Positions 9,133-19,465 are shown, counted from the stretch's first letter. The stretch is DNA of 48,368 nucleotides from Candidatus Nomurabacteria bacterium (GCA_943359395.1 CALRHH010000006.1:1-48368), one strand, 5' to 3'. The notes: generated by a model not told the origin, from the letters alone. Made by a program: numbers and translations.

Positions 9133-10788
9133 CTATTTGATTTCGACTTTTTCGCTTTCGCGCAAACCTCTCGCGTCAGTGACGATATGCATATCCAACG
9201 TAAGTCCTGTAGACACCACGACGCGATCGCCAAGAAGTGCCCCGAGCCCGACTTCGTGCGCCACCAAGACGCCGGCATCAACTGTGAATACTACGGTGCG
9301 ATCCGATTCGACCTTGACGGCTGATATGGGTATTGTGATTCGTGAAATATCCCCCGAAGAAAGTTGCGTACGTGTGATGGAAACCAAGACAGACTGGCCA
9401 TTAATGAGGCCCTCCGGTTCGTTCACCCCGATACGAACCTCTATCTTCTTGGTAACAGGGTCAAGAGCGGGAGCGACGCGGGTAACTACACCCGTCGCAC
9501 GCTCTATAGAGACGTCTTGTCCTACGGAAATTTCCCGGGCGTCATTCTCCGATACGTATGCGATGACTTCAAGCGAATTGTTATTGGCCACCGTAAGTAC
9601 GGGTGACGACGTTTGCACGTAATCTCCGCGCTTCAAAGAGAAGGAATTTATCGTACCTGAAATTGGAGCGCGAATGATGGTTTTTTCAAGATTCGCGCGA
9701 GCAGCAGCAAGACCTCCCTGTGCTTGCTTCACTGCAGCCTTCGCGGCGGAGACATCCTCTGTCTGACCTCCCGTTACTCCCTGCTCAAGATTATTGCGCG
9801 CTACGTCGAGTGCTGACTGAGCCGAAGAGATACTCTGTGTTGCGTTCGAAAGGGCCGAGAGCGTCGAGGTGAGTGATGTACGTACGGCGGTCGCCTCTGC
9901 GAGGTACGTGGCGATAGCGGAGGCAGATACCGCGGGTGTCTGAATGCCCTTATTGAGAGCGCTGACGACGAGGTCCAAAAAATTGCGGGCGGCTCGAACT
10001 TCCGCCTGGGCGGTTGTTATCTCAGTTTCAAGATTTGACGATGAGGTGAGCGAGGCCGATGCGGCTGCCTCCCGCGCAAGATATTGACTCAAGACGTTGC
10101 GTGTATTCTCCACTTCGGAGGTCAGTGCGGAATCCGATGACACGATGTTAAATGTAGAACCGCTTAAACCCGCATTTGTAAACATTTTGTCCGTGGTTCC
10201 CCGAATGCCACTATTAACGCTCGCATAAGCAGAGAGAAGAGTCGTGAGCGCTCCTGAACGAGCAGATTCGAGAGCTACAATCGCATTGTCGACGTTTGTC
10301 TCGAGTGTGGAACGCTGCTCGCTACGTACACCGCCGGTCGTTTTTGCAAGATTTGCCCGAGCTGCATCAAGACCTCCTTCGGCCTGAAGGACGGCCGCTC
10401 TCTCCGAGGCGTTCTCTATTTCGGCGGCGATTGTACCAGCTGCAATGCTCTGACCGAGGGATGCATATACACCAATAACTTGCCCGCTTCTTTCGGCACG
10501 AACCGTTGCCTCCGACTTAGAGCTGACCGAACCAACGAGAGAGAGTGGCGTTGTTCCCGAAGATAATTCGGCGACGCTTTTCACCTCAACACTATGTATC
10601 TGTATTTCAGGTTCCGCGTTTAGAGCCGTGCCGCGAATTATGACGAATGCTGCGGCGATTCCAATAACAGCAAATGTTACTCCTGCCCCGAGTTTCCAAA
10701 AACCGGCACGGGTAATCCATCGCATCGTGCGGGGACCGGAAGCCCGTATGAATAGGACTGCTTTGATTATCAGTGTGTTGGGATGCAT
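9133..10788 (-). CDS. RND periplasmic adaptor (membrane fusion protein) with long coiled coil
   Basis: N-terminal TM, lipoyl halves (IRAPISGTI), Ala/Ser-rich hairpin, and adjacency to the RND permease. Confidence 0.9.
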   Translation of the reverse strand: MHPNTLIIKAVLFIRASGPRTMRWITRAGFWKLGAGVTFAVIGIAAAFVIIRGTALNAEPEIQIHSVEVKSVAELSSGTTPLSLVGSVSSKSEATVRAERSGQVIGVYASLGQSIAAGTIAAEIENASERAAVLQAEGGLDAARANLAKTTGGVRSEQRSTLETNVDNAIVALESARSGALTTLLSAYASVNSGIRGTTDKMFTNAGLSGSTFNIVSSDSALTSEVENTRNVLSQYLAREAAASASLTSSSNLETEITTAQAEVRAARNFLDLVVSALNKGIQTPAVSASAIATYLAEATAVRTSLTSTLSALSNATQSISSAQSALDVARNNLEQGVTGGQTEDVSAAKAAVKQAQGGLAAARANLEKTIIRAPISGTINSFSLKRGDYVQTSSPVLTVANNNSLEVIAYVSENDAREISVGQDVSIERATGVVTRVAPALDPVTKKIEVRIGVNEPEGLINGQSVLVSITRTQLSSGDISRITIPISAVKVESDRTVVFTVDAGVLVAHEVGLGALLGDRVVVSTGLTLDMHIVTDARGLRESEKVEIK

Positions 10789-10800
10789 ATATAAGGTGGC

Positions 10801-10834
10801 AGTATATTGACCTATTTCGACCGTCTTGTCAATA
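10801..10834 (-). promoter_or_regulatory. RND operon promoter with palindromic operator-like site
   Basis: TATTGAC-N16-GTCAATA inverted repeat overlapping TTGACA and TATACT hexamers upstream of the adaptor gene. Confidence 0.5.
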
Positions 10835-10886
10835 ACTTCGCAGTCTCTCCTTTCCGACAGCCGAGACTCCTCGCTTCAGCCACGCC

Positions 10887-11645
10887 TTAAACGCGAGGGA
10901 GAAACGTCACGAACGTAGCCATAAACGCTAATCCGGTCAGAAAAAAAATAAAGTGTCGCCCGTAGTGCCCGCGCTCCCGAGCCATACCGATAGAATGTGG
11001 GATGAGGTCATGAAATACGATAATCAGATAGGAGCCCGCGGCAAGACCTAAAAGCGGTAGTTCGAGAGACTGAAAGTTTTCCAATAAGAAATACCCTCCG
11101 ACCGACCCTATAAGAATCGTCGAGGAAACAATAAAATTATAGACGAGAGCGGTGCGGGCGGAGAGGCCCGCTTCGCGAAGTACGAAGAACTGCGAAATCT
11201 CCTGCAGAGTTTCGTGCAGGACGATACTCACGGTACTTACCACCCCAAGAAAGGGGGAGACTGTGAACGCGGCGACGATGACAATACCATCTCCGATATT
11301 ATGAATGCCGTCGCTCAGCAGAATTCGGCCCGCATCAATCCGTGAATGCCTATGATTTTCACCTGTCGCATCGTGATGGTGGTGAAAATCAGGCATGTAG
11401 CGGAATGCGGTGAGGATAATGAGCGCACCGGCAACAATCCACGGAAGACCACTGGTAAGCGAACCTGCGTGCTCAATAATTTCCAGAGAGAGGTTGTAGA
11501 TGACCACTAGCAAGACGCCGGCGGCAAAACTGACGAAGAAATGCAAATTCCGCTCAATGAGAGGACCCGCTTGCCGCCACATGACGAGTTTGCCCGAAAG
11601 GGACGCGAGCATGACGAGGAAGGACGCGACGAGTATTTCAAGCAT
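10887..11645 (-). CDS. ZIP family metal transporter
   Basis: SFAAGVLL, His-rich loop, DGIHNIGDG and LHETLQE motifs. Confidence 0.92.
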   Translation of the reverse strand: MLEILVASFLVMLASLSGKLVMWRQAGPLIERNLHFFVSFAAGVLLVVIYNLSLEIIEHAGSLTSGLPWIVAGALIILTAFRYMPDFHHHHDATGENHRHSRIDAGRILLSDGIHNIGDGIVIVAAFTVSPFLGVVSTVSIVLHETLQEISQFFVLREAGLSARTALVYNFIVSSTILIGSVGGYFLLENFQSLELPLLGLAAGSYLIIVFHDLIPHSIGMARERGHYGRHFIFFLTGLAFMATFVTFLPRV

Positions 11646-11671
11646 GAAGAGAATGACCTAGTATCCGGTAG

Positions 11672-12250
11672 TTAGCTCAGGCGACGCGCAAACCCTATTA
11701 CAAAAAACGTGGTTCCAAGAAAGGCGAGCCACGCGAAAAAGACCATGAAAGACATCTCTCCGACTCGTCTCTCGGATTCGCGCATGCTACGGCCCGAAAC
11801 GACGTATTGTTCAGTCTCCGGCACATACACAACAACTATCGCGCTGCGCACTTCGACACGAGGTTGCCACGTGACTCGATTTTCACGCGACCGTGTCGTG
11901 TCCTTCCCTTGGCCGGTACGGGCCGCATTGAATACACCCAAAGGCGGCTGGGGCGGGGCTCCGTCGAGTACTGCCGATGATTCAAGTGCTTTTCCGGACA
12001 CGTCGTAGACCGCAATCCAAGGTGAAAGACTCTTTGAAATATCTATCAACGGCTTGCCACGTTCGACTAGAGACGCAGGAACAGCGCCTCCGGCAAGCAC
12101 AGCGGCCGCATCTTCCGCTATTTGTATCTGGGGGTCGTTGAGAGTTTGACGATACACTTGTTGTACAGCGACATAGGTGAGAAGACACAGCCCCGTTGTG
12201 GCAATTGCCACCGGGAGCCAGAGGATGCCCACCCGTATCAGAAATTTCAT
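11672..12250 (-). CDS. Hypothetical membrane protein (2 TM flanking an extracytoplasmic domain)
   Basis: TM-soluble-TM layout; TATACT 6 nt before MKFL. Confidence 0.75.
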   Translation of the reverse strand: MKFLIRVGILWLPVAIATTGLCLLTYVAVQQVYRQTLNDPQIQIAEDAAAVLAGGAVPASLVERGKPLIDISKSLSPWIAVYDVSGKALESSAVLDGAPPQPPLGVFNAARTGQGKDTTRSRENRVTWQPRVEVRSAIVVVYVPETEQYVVSGRSMRESERRVGEMSFMVFFAWLAFLGTTFFVIGFARRLS

Positions 12251-12295
12251 GTCCTGAGTATACACTTCCCTCTTCCTGTTTTAAAACATGAGCGA

Positions 12296-12910
12296 TTACC
12301 GATTCTTCCGAACGTAAATATACATCCCTAGGATGGCAAAAGCGACAACGCATCCGATAATAAAACCCAGGAAGAAACTGAGACCGAAATCAAACCCACT
12401 CCGGCCATACGGCGGTAGTACCGTCAGAGGAATAGTTGCCTCAGCGACATTCTGACCAGAATCATTTTTCTTGCTGTTGTTGTAACGAACGTTCAAAGTG
12501 TACTGTCCTTCATTCGCGAAAACGTAGACAAAACCCGTCCCCCCGTAGTCCGCCTTGAGAATCGGGCCCGCGAAGATGGTTTCTCCTCTTTGGCCATTTT
12601 CGTCTCCTCCTTTTATTATCCGCACCCACAAATCGGTAAACTCGAGTCCCTCAGTCCGGGAGTCATCGGAAAAAAGACCGAACGTAAAGCGTCCTGCCCC
12701 CTCAGCGACGAGCGGTGGCGAATCATAATCGACATCAATTATGTGCCCCTCAGTCGTTGTACTCACGAATGTCTGCACTGCCCCGCCGTGAGCAAACGCT
12801 TTTTCAGGCGTAACAACTATGGCAAATAGGGTTGCGGCAAAAATGCCGGAGAAGAGGACTCCAGTACTTACTGGTCGAGAAACCCTAGATACCCATGCCG
12901 GTGCCAACAC
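12296..12910 (-). CDS. Secreted or membrane-anchored hypothetical protein
   Basis: Signal peptide ending AFA-HGG and a C-terminal TM; GTG start 6 nt after TATCAT. Confidence 0.7.
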   Translation of the reverse strand: MLAPAWVSRVSRPVSTGVLFSGIFAATLFAIVVTPEKAFAHGGAVQTFVSTTTEGHIIDVDYDSPPLVAEGAGRFTFGLFSDDSRTEGLEFTDLWVRIIKGGDENGQRGETIFAGPILKADYGGTGFVYVFANEGQYTLNVRYNNSKKNDSGQNVAEATIPLTVLPPYGRSGFDFGLSFFLGFIIGCVVAFAILGMYIYVRKNR

Positions 12911-12960
12911 TCTGATATGATAGCAGACGAAAGTCGGCCGACAAGATATACTGAAACCTT

Positions 12961-13317
12961 ATGTTAGACAGTAAAATCAATAGCTTGCGCAATGCCTTTG
13001 CCGGCCTTGTCATCGCGTGGAAAGAGGAATCGAATTTCCGACTTGAAATAGCATGCGGCTTTTTTATCCTTCTCGCAGCATCGTTTCTGGAAGTATCACA
13101 TACCGACCTTCTCATTATAATTCTCCTTATCGGGTTCGTACTCTCAGCCGAGGCCCTCAATACCGCCCTTGAAGAATTTTGCGACATGGTGCAGAGAAAC
13201 CCTGACCCGCACATCGCAAAGATAAAAGATCTCGCAGCCGCCGCAGTCCTTATCGCATCCTTCACTGCACTTATCGTCGGCGCGGCAATATTCATTCCTT
13301 ACATTCCGCTTTCATGA
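12961..13317 (+). CDS. dgkA: Diacylglycerol/undecaprenol kinase
   Basis: EESNFR, AEALNTALEEFCD and KIKDLAAAAV motifs. Confidence 0.92.
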   Translation: MLDSKINSLRNAFAGLVIAWKEESNFRLEIACGFFILLAASFLEVSHTDLLIIILLIGFVLSAEALNTALEEFCDMVQRNPDPHIAKIKDLAAAAVLIASFTALIVGAAIFIPYIPLS

Positions 13318-13865
13318 GCACCTTTCTCACTGGAGTTGACATGAGCATCCTTCAGTACCTTTTCGCACATCGAGATATCACAACTACTCTTTTTTTTATC
13401 TGTATCAGTGAGCTTGGAAGTACTATCTTTGTTTGCGGTATTGCCCTTTGTGTTGGTCTGCTGCTTGTATATCGACGTACTTTTGCCCTGGCCGTCGGTC
13501 TTGCTGTAAGTGTCTTGGGGAGTGGAGCCGCAGCCCTCCTTGTGAAGGAGCTCGTTCACCGTACCAGGCCAGAAGTCGCGTATCAAGCATACCTTGAGAC
13601 CGGCTTCTCATTCCCAAGCGGTCACGCAACCTTGGCAGCGGCACTTTACGGATTTCTCATCTATCTCACTTATCGCATGCTTCCCGCAGGCTATGCACGT
13701 ACGACCGCCCTAACAGTGTGTACGTTATTGATTGCCCTTATCACCTTTAGTCGTTTGTATTTAGGCGTACACTACCTGAGCGACGTCATTGGAGGGCTCC
13801 TCCTCGGCGGATTATTCGTTTGGATTGGACACGTAGTCGCCGGAAAAATCGAGAGACGAAATTAA
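13314..13865 (+). CDS. PAP2 phosphatase (undecaprenyl-PP phosphatase-like)
   Basis: KELVHRTRP, SFPSGH and SRLYLGVHYLSD motifs. Confidence 0.93.
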   Translation: MSTFLTGVDMSILQYLFAHRDITTTLFFICISELGSTIFVCGIALCVGLLLVYRRTFALAVGLAVSVLGSGAAALLVKELVHRTRPEVAYQAYLETGFSFPSGHATLAAALYGFLIYLTYRMLPAGYARTTALTVCTLLIALITFSRLYLGVHYLSDVIGGLLLGGLFVWIGHVVAGKIERRN

Positions 13866-14410
13866 ACCCCCTTTCCTGAGACGGCGGAGGCGCGCAGAAA
13901 GGAGAGCTCGAAATACTCGTTCTGAATCACCCATCGATACAAGGCGGGAGAAAGCAAGACCGAAAAGACTATCGTGCCCGTGAGGTGCATAAGCGTAAAC
14001 GGAATTTGACCTGCAAACGCGACTACGAGCGGTTGGTGCATGAAAACGGGACCTATCATCATAGTAGCGGCGTCATAGACTACCGTTGCGGGCAGACCAA
14101 ACAAGAGAAAATTCTTGACCGAAGCCTCTCGATTCTTAAAAAAGAGATGTGCCGCGATACCGAGGAGGCCATAACAGATAGCCGTGACCGCGGTCCAGCT
14201 ACCCCAACCACTCGTGACCGCGTCGTAGAATACGATGCCAAGAAATCCGAACAAGAAGCTGCCGAGGAGTCCGTAGCGTTTCGAAAACGGCATCACCGTC
14301 GCAAGCATCGGCTCAAAATTTGGCGGACGGAACGGTATGAGGCGGAAGAGGAAAACAGCCGCCCATCCGATGACAAATTTGAGAGAGCCACCGGAAATCG
14401 AGAAGTTCAT
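13862..14410 (-). CDS. ECF transporter S-component-like membrane protein
   Basis: About 6 TM helices; RLIPFRPPNFEP and QIPFTLMH pattern. Confidence 0.7.
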   Translation of the reverse strand: MNFSISGGSLKFVIGWAAVFLFRLIPFRPPNFEPMLATVMPFSKRYGLLGSFLFGFLGIVFYDAVTSGWGSWTAVTAICYGLLGIAAHLFFKNREASVKNFLLFGLPATVVYDAATMMIGPVFMHQPLVVAFAGQIPFTLMHLTGTIVFSVLLSPALYRWVIQNEYFELSFLRASAVSGKGV

Positions 14411-14430
14411 AGGATTCCTATCGTATCACG

Positions 14431-15090
14431 TTATCCGAGGTGTGCGTGGTCATTCCAGACACGCAACTGCCACGGCGAGCCGAATCCGTCTATACTATTA
14501 CGGACGTCAGTTTCTTCGTATGAAAGAACAGTGAGGCCTGTGTTTCGCATCACCTGCAAACCCCGGAGAATATGGGTACACTCTGAGCCTGTGAGGTCTT
14601 TATCGAATATCACCGCCGCCGCAATGATATGCATGAAAAAGCCGTGCGTGACGACGACTAAGGATTGTTCTGGTCGCTTTTCAAGATAGTCCAAACACGC
14701 AAGCGCACGTGCCATCAGCTCCTCAAAGCTTTCGCCGTCCTCGTATCGATATTCTGGATTCGCGAGATTCTCATTCATTTCTTTCATGATTTTTATGACT
14801 TCAGGGTCCTTCCTGGCCTTTCCTTGCAAGCTCGTGGCCATACGTCGCTCCATGAAAAGCTCTGAGGTCTCAACAGATTTCCCGATACGAGCGCCAACGA
14901 TTTCCGCCGTATCTTTGGCGCGGACCATAGGACTCGCAATAATCGAATCAACCTGTAAGTGTGCGCATCGAGCGGCAATTTCTTCAGCTTGTTGCCTACC
15001 GCGCTCAGATAGGTGTGCGTCGGGAGTATTGTAAGTACCCGCAGCGTTGTTTTCACTTTCTCCGTGTCGTACGAGGTATATCGTCTTCAT
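14431..15090 (-). CDS. Histidine phosphatase family protein
   Basis: LVRHGES, SPMVRA, GES, VVTHG and WNDHAHL motifs. Confidence 0.93.
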   Translation of the reverse strand: MKTIYLVRHGESENNAAGTYNTPDAHLSERGRQQAEEIAARCAHLQVDSIIASPMVRAKDTAEIVGARIGKSVETSELFMERRMATSLQGKARKDPEVIKIMKEMNENLANPEYRYEDGESFEELMARALACLDYLEKRPEQSLVVVTHGFFMHIIAAAVIFDKDLTGSECTHILRGLQVMRNTGLTVLSYEETDVRNSIDGFGSPWQLRVWNDHAHLG

Positions 15091-15092
15091 TT

Positions 15093-16346
15093 TTAGAGTA
15101 CAAACTGACCGTCCTTATAGATGGTCTTTGTGCTGCCGTCCTTGAGGTGGGCAGTCACCGTGCGGCGCGTTGTCGAGATAACATCCGTATGCACCGAGGA
15201 ATCATTGAAACCAAGCGCCTCTGCCTGTTTCGTCGTAAGTTTGGAGACGTCACCGCGGAAGGTATCGCGATAGCTCATGCCAAGCGCGATGTGCGTATTG
15301 CCATATGGTCCGCCCACATTTTCATCGTAGAGAGTCTCCGCCATAAATCTCGTGATGCGCGAATGCCGCTTGTCAGTGAGCGAATACTCGCCCAGCCTGT
15401 CGGCGCCAGGTGTGGCAATCATTTCTTTGAGAAGTTTTTCGTTTGTTTTTGCTTTCGACTTGACCACCTTGCCATTTTTGAATTCGAGTTCGATGCCCGT
15501 AATCTTCGAACCGTAGCGGTAGAGCGGCTGATTGAGCTTTATCCACCCTTCTGTCCCACGCCAATCAGGAGAGGTAAAAATCTCAAAGCTCGGCATATTC
15601 ACGCCGCGCCCCGCGAGCCAATTGCGCTTCTCTCCCACGCGTATCCAGAGGTCCATGTCCGGACCGACCGCATGCAATCTGTCTATTTTGGGCGTGAGTG
15701 CGTTTAGTCGGTTCTTGTATTTCTCTATTTCTGCATATACTTCCTTCCAACGTTTTATGGGGTTCTCGTAGTCCAGGAAGCATGCCTTTATGATTTGATT
15801 CCAGTATTCTTTCTCCGAGAGTCCGGCTTCTTTTGCCATTGCGGGAGTCCCATACATCGCGATACTCCAAGTAAATTTACCCTTCCATTCTTTTTCGTGA
15901 CGCCAGTCGGTAAAAGGCTTCATTGCCATACCGCGCGTCATCATCTTCTTTGGGTCTATACCGTCCATCAGGTGCATGTCCTTATCCGCAAGCAAATAGA
16001 GGGAGTGATCCATCTGGTCGACCACGCCTCGAAGATATTTTGCGGGAAAGAATTCGAGTTGTGCCTTGGAGGCGTGTTGGTAGAAATAGCGGCTCGTACT
16101 CGCATTGCGTCGCATGTCTCCGTTCTCCTCATCGGGAGCATAATGCGAGAGTACGTGCCCTCCCGCATCGACGATTGCATTGCAAACAGCCATGAAGAGC
16201 GGCTTGGCGCTCTCATTCGCAGAAAGACGGACAACGTCTCCCTTTTTTATTCCCTTCCCCATGCCGAGTGCGAAATTTACAAGCACGTTGGCATACTTCT
16301 TTAATATTTTCTCACTCGGTACAAACGGTTTTACTTTCATCGTCAT
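15093..16346 (-). CDS. Aminopeptidase, M29 (AmpS/PepS) family
   Basis: NMPSFEIFTSP, LGEYSL, LYDEN, HIALG and NDSSVHTD motifs. Confidence 0.93.
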   Translation of the reverse strand: MTMKVKPFVPSEKILKKYANVLVNFALGMGKGIKKGDVVRLSANESAKPLFMAVCNAIVDAGGHVLSHYAPDEENGDMRRNASTSRYFYQHASKAQLEFFPAKYLRGVVDQMDHSLYLLADKDMHLMDGIDPKKMMTRGMAMKPFTDWRHEKEWKGKFTWSIAMYGTPAMAKEAGLSEKEYWNQIIKACFLDYENPIKRWKEVYAEIEKYKNRLNALTPKIDRLHAVGPDMDLWIRVGEKRNWLAGRGVNMPSFEIFTSPDWRGTEGWIKLNQPLYRYGSKITGIELEFKNGKVVKSKAKTNEKLLKEMIATPGADRLGEYSLTDKRHSRITRFMAETLYDENVGGPYGNTHIALGMSYRDTFRGDVSKLTTKQAEALGFNDSSVHTDVISTTRRTVTAHLKDGSTKTIYKDGQFVL

Positions 16347-16393
16347 AGACTACTCGGACTGAGCAGCTTTGTCTACTTCATCGGGAAGAAATG

Positions 16394-17860
16394 TTACCGC
16401 AACGTCACTTCTTTTGAGCGCTCCTTTATGTCAATCGGGTAGACACCATTAAAACACGACGTGCAAAACTGAGTCTCGGGAAGACCTGTGGCAGCGATCA
16501 TCCCTTCGTATGAAAGGTAGCGTACGGAAGTTGCCTTTAAATGCTCTTGTATTTCAGCAACAGTTTTAGTTGCTGCAATAAGGTCTTTTTGGTCGGGAGT
16601 GTCTATGCCGTAGAAGTCGGGAAATTTTACCGGGGGCGAAGCAACAAGAAAGTGCACCTCAGTTGCACCCGCCTCAAAGAGCATCTGCACTATCTGACGC
16701 GAAGTCGTACCGCGAACTATCGAGTCGTCGATGACGATGACGCGCTTACCTCTGATGCACTCAACAACCGGCGAGAGCTTTGCTTTCACGCCTTGGTCGC
16801 GAATATGCTGCTCAGGCTGGATGAATGTGCGATGGATGTACCTATTTTTTGCAAGCGCGAGTTCCATCGGTATCCCAGAAGTACGCGAGAATCCCACTGC
16901 CGAAGGGATTGCGGTCTCAGGGACAGGAATTACCACGTCTGCTTCTATTTTGTTCTCTCGCGCCAACTGGACTCCAAAATTCTTGCGTACCTCATACACC
17001 GATTTGCCGAGTATCTCGCTATCAGGTCGCGCGAAGTAAACGAATTCAAATATATCGAGTTTAGGGTTTGGCCTACCCAGCATGCGCGTGCGCATCCCCT
17101 TTTCATCTATCACGAGCATCTCTCCCGGCTCAATCTCACATACAAATTCCGCACCTATCGTCGGGTAGGCACACGTTTCCGATGCTATGACGTATCCACC
17201 ATTGAGCCGCGCCACCGAAAGCGGCCGTATCCCGCATGTATCGCGAATAGCGATGAGGCGGTCTTTCGACATGATGAGTATCGAGAATGCGCCCGTCATC
17301 AGAGGATAGACTTCGGCTATTGCATCCTCCAGTTCTTTGCCTTCGCGCATCAGTGCTCCTATCGCCTCGGCTATCATGCGCGAATCGGCGAATTCAGAAG
17401 AGTCAATCTTTTTGGTAGTAAGAAAATCAGCAAGCGCTTTGGTGCTCGGTAAATTACCATTGTGTACGAGGGCTATTGAATCGTCTTCTGGCGCGGAGCG
17501 CAAAGATACGTATGGGTACATACCGGCGCTCGGAGCTTCTGCCGGACGCTCGACAGAGCCCTTGCCCGCGACGAGCATCGGCTGTGCGTGCTTCACGTGC
17601 GAGCCGCCTGCCGTCGAATAACGATTGTGGGCCACACTAATGTGGCCCGTGAGTTGTTTTATGTTGTCCTCGGTGAAGACTTGTGAGACAAGTCCCATGC
17701 CTTTGTGGAGCGTGATGCTCTCTCCATCAGCGACTGCAATACCCGCACTCTCCTGCCCTCGGTGTTGGAGCGCAAAGAGACCGAAAAAGGAGAGTCGCGC
17801 GACTTCGAGCCCCGTCCCGTAGACTCCGAAGACCGCGCATTTTTCTCCGAGTAGTTCCAT
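16394..17860 (-). CDS. purF: Amidophosphoribosyltransferase
   Basis: EKCAVFG, LQHRGQE, HNRYST, HNGN, FEFVYFARPDS and DDSIVRGTT motifs. Confidence 0.96.
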   Translation of the reverse strand: MELLGEKCAVFGVYGTGLEVARLSFFGLFALQHRGQESAGIAVADGESITLHKGMGLVSQVFTEDNIKQLTGHISVAHNRYSTAGGSHVKHAQPMLVAGKGSVERPAEAPSAGMYPYVSLRSAPEDDSIALVHNGNLPSTKALADFLTTKKIDSSEFADSRMIAEAIGALMREGKELEDAIAEVYPLMTGAFSILIMSKDRLIAIRDTCGIRPLSVARLNGGYVIASETCAYPTIGAEFVCEIEPGEMLVIDEKGMRTRMLGRPNPKLDIFEFVYFARPDSEILGKSVYEVRKNFGVQLARENKIEADVVIPVPETAIPSAVGFSRTSGIPMELALAKNRYIHRTFIQPEQHIRDQGVKAKLSPVVECIRGKRVIVIDDSIVRGTTSRQIVQMLFEAGATEVHFLVASPPVKFPDFYGIDTPDQKDLIAATKTVAEIQEHLKATSVRYLSYEGMIAATGLPETQFCTSCFNGVYPIDIKERSKEVTLR

Positions 17861-17932
17861 AGAGAAGTAGGGATTGTAACACAAAATGCTTCCTCGTGAA
17901 TCTCGGCACCTCGCCCGACCTGTGGACGTATA

Positions 17933-18883
17933 TTACTCAAGATTCTTCCCAAGCAACCAAAGCAGTATGGCTTTCTGGACGTGTTTTCTGTTTTCCGCTT
18001 GGTCAAAGATGACTGAATTTTTATGTCCGATGGCGTCGCGCGTGATTTCGTAGCCCACATGCATCGGCATGCAGTGCATAATCCCCGCCTTCGGCGCGTG
18101 CGTATCAATGAGCTGCGCATTCAACTGATACGGCATAAGAAGAGTCCGTCTACGCTCGTATTCGTTTGCAAACTCGGGACGAACCTTCCCATTATCGAAA
18201 TACTCCACATCCATCCACGTATCGGTATGGACATAGTCAGCGTCGAACAAGGCCTCTTTGATATCCAGCGTCTTTTTTACTCTACCCGTATCAGCTGCCA
18301 TTGTATTTAATTCCGAGTCTACGCTTGCTGCATGTATCTCGGGAGCCGCTAAGACAACATCTATACCGAGCTTCGCGCATATCAACTTAAGCGTATTCGA
18401 AACGTTATTCTCGATGCCCAGCCATGCGACTTTTTTTACATTCTCCAAACCTCCAGAATGTTCGGACATGGTAAAAACGTCGGCAAGTGCTTGGCACGGA
18501 TGATACTTTTCGCTACAGCCGTCTATGACGGGTATCCGGTTGAATGACGCCGCGAGTGCGACATCGTCCACGCGCATAAGGCGCATCATGAGCACGTCGC
18601 CGAACCGCATGGCGGCTTGTATTTCATCACGGAACTCCGCGAGGGCGAATTGTGTCTTGGCGGCATCGAGATAGATGGCGTGTCCGCCGAGCTCTGTCAT
18701 TCCTGCTTCGAATGAAATACGCGTCCGCGTCGAACCCTTCTGAAAAAACATAAGGAGAGTCTTCCCGTGTAAAAGGTCAGTCGGCTCGCCCGCACGGTAT
18801 TTTTTCTTGAGCGTCGTAGCAATATCCAAAATCGCGCGGATATCATCCGCGCTCTGCTCTTTAAGTGATATAAGGTGACGCAT
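17933..18883 (-). CDS. argF: Ornithine carbamoyltransferase-family protein
   Basis: STRTRISFE, HPCQ, HCMP and FDQAENR are present, but the SMG motif is replaced by WMDVE. Confidence 0.82.
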   Translation of the reverse strand: MRHLISLKEQSADDIRAILDIATTLKKKYRAGEPTDLLHGKTLLMFFQKGSTRTRISFEAGMTELGGHAIYLDAAKTQFALAEFRDEIQAAMRFGDVLMMRLMRVDDVALAASFNRIPVIDGCSEKYHPCQALADVFTMSEHSGGLENVKKVAWLGIENNVSNTLKLICAKLGIDVVLAAPEIHAASVDSELNTMAADTGRVKKTLDIKEALFDADYVHTDTWMDVEYFDNGKVRPEFANEYERRRTLLMPYQLNAQLIDTHAPKAGIMHCMPMHVGYEITRDAIGHKNSVIFDQAENRKHVQKAILLWLLGKNLE

Positions 18884-18964
18884 ATGAGTGATTACTATAG
18901 ATAATACGTTTATAGATGGAAACAAGGAAGGGATGCGCGCGAATTGCTTCGCGCGCATCCGTTT

Positions 18965-19465
18965 TCAGCGAACAAAGAGCCAACGTTCTTTGTCGCAAGG
19001 TTGAGGAGGATCTTGGGAAAGCGCAGAGTCAGGGAGGCGGTCCCGGATTCCAAGCCGCTCCGCCCATGCCTCGACGTCGGGCATAGTCGCCTTTGTCACC
19101 GCTCCCATCTGACACTCTTCGAATACACTCATGACCGTGCGTACCGAAGTGATACCGAATAGCTGGATAACAGCTGGAGTTCGCGCGATAAGTTCAAACG
19201 TCATCGCACGAATAATCCCGTTGCCTCGCAAATCTTCATCAACGTAAATTTGCGAGATTTCCTGCCAGAACTCATCATCAGTTTTGCGCCGTGCTATGTG
19301 ACCCTTGATAGGACCGTCCGCAAAGACAAACTTATGCGCTCGCGGATAGACAACTGTACGGCCCGCGAAGAACTGACTCGATAGCCTGCGAGGCGTGAGA
19401 AGGTTGGTATTGTAGACGCCCAATCGCTTCATCCTTTCGAGCAAATCAACCCATTTGGGGTGCAT
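18965..19465 (-). CDS. GNAT-family acetyltransferase-like protein
   Basis: EISQIYVDEDLRGNGI (acetyl-CoA motif A); AGGAG SD. Confidence 0.7.
   Translation of the reverse strand: MHPKWVDLLERMKRLGVYNTNLLTPRRLSSQFFAGRTVVYPRAHKFVFADGPIKGHIARRKTDDEFWQEISQIYVDEDLRGNGIIRAMTFELIARTPAVIQLFGITSVRTVMSVFEECQMGAVTKATMPDVEAWAERLGIRDRLPDSALSQDPPQPCDKERWLFVR

Noticed and set aside
8714-9622. 302-aa plus-strand ORF and similar long antisense ORFs (14961-15707, 16541-17452, 40462-41208, 40808-41764)
   Set aside because: They lie opposite well-supported genes and have shadow-like composition.
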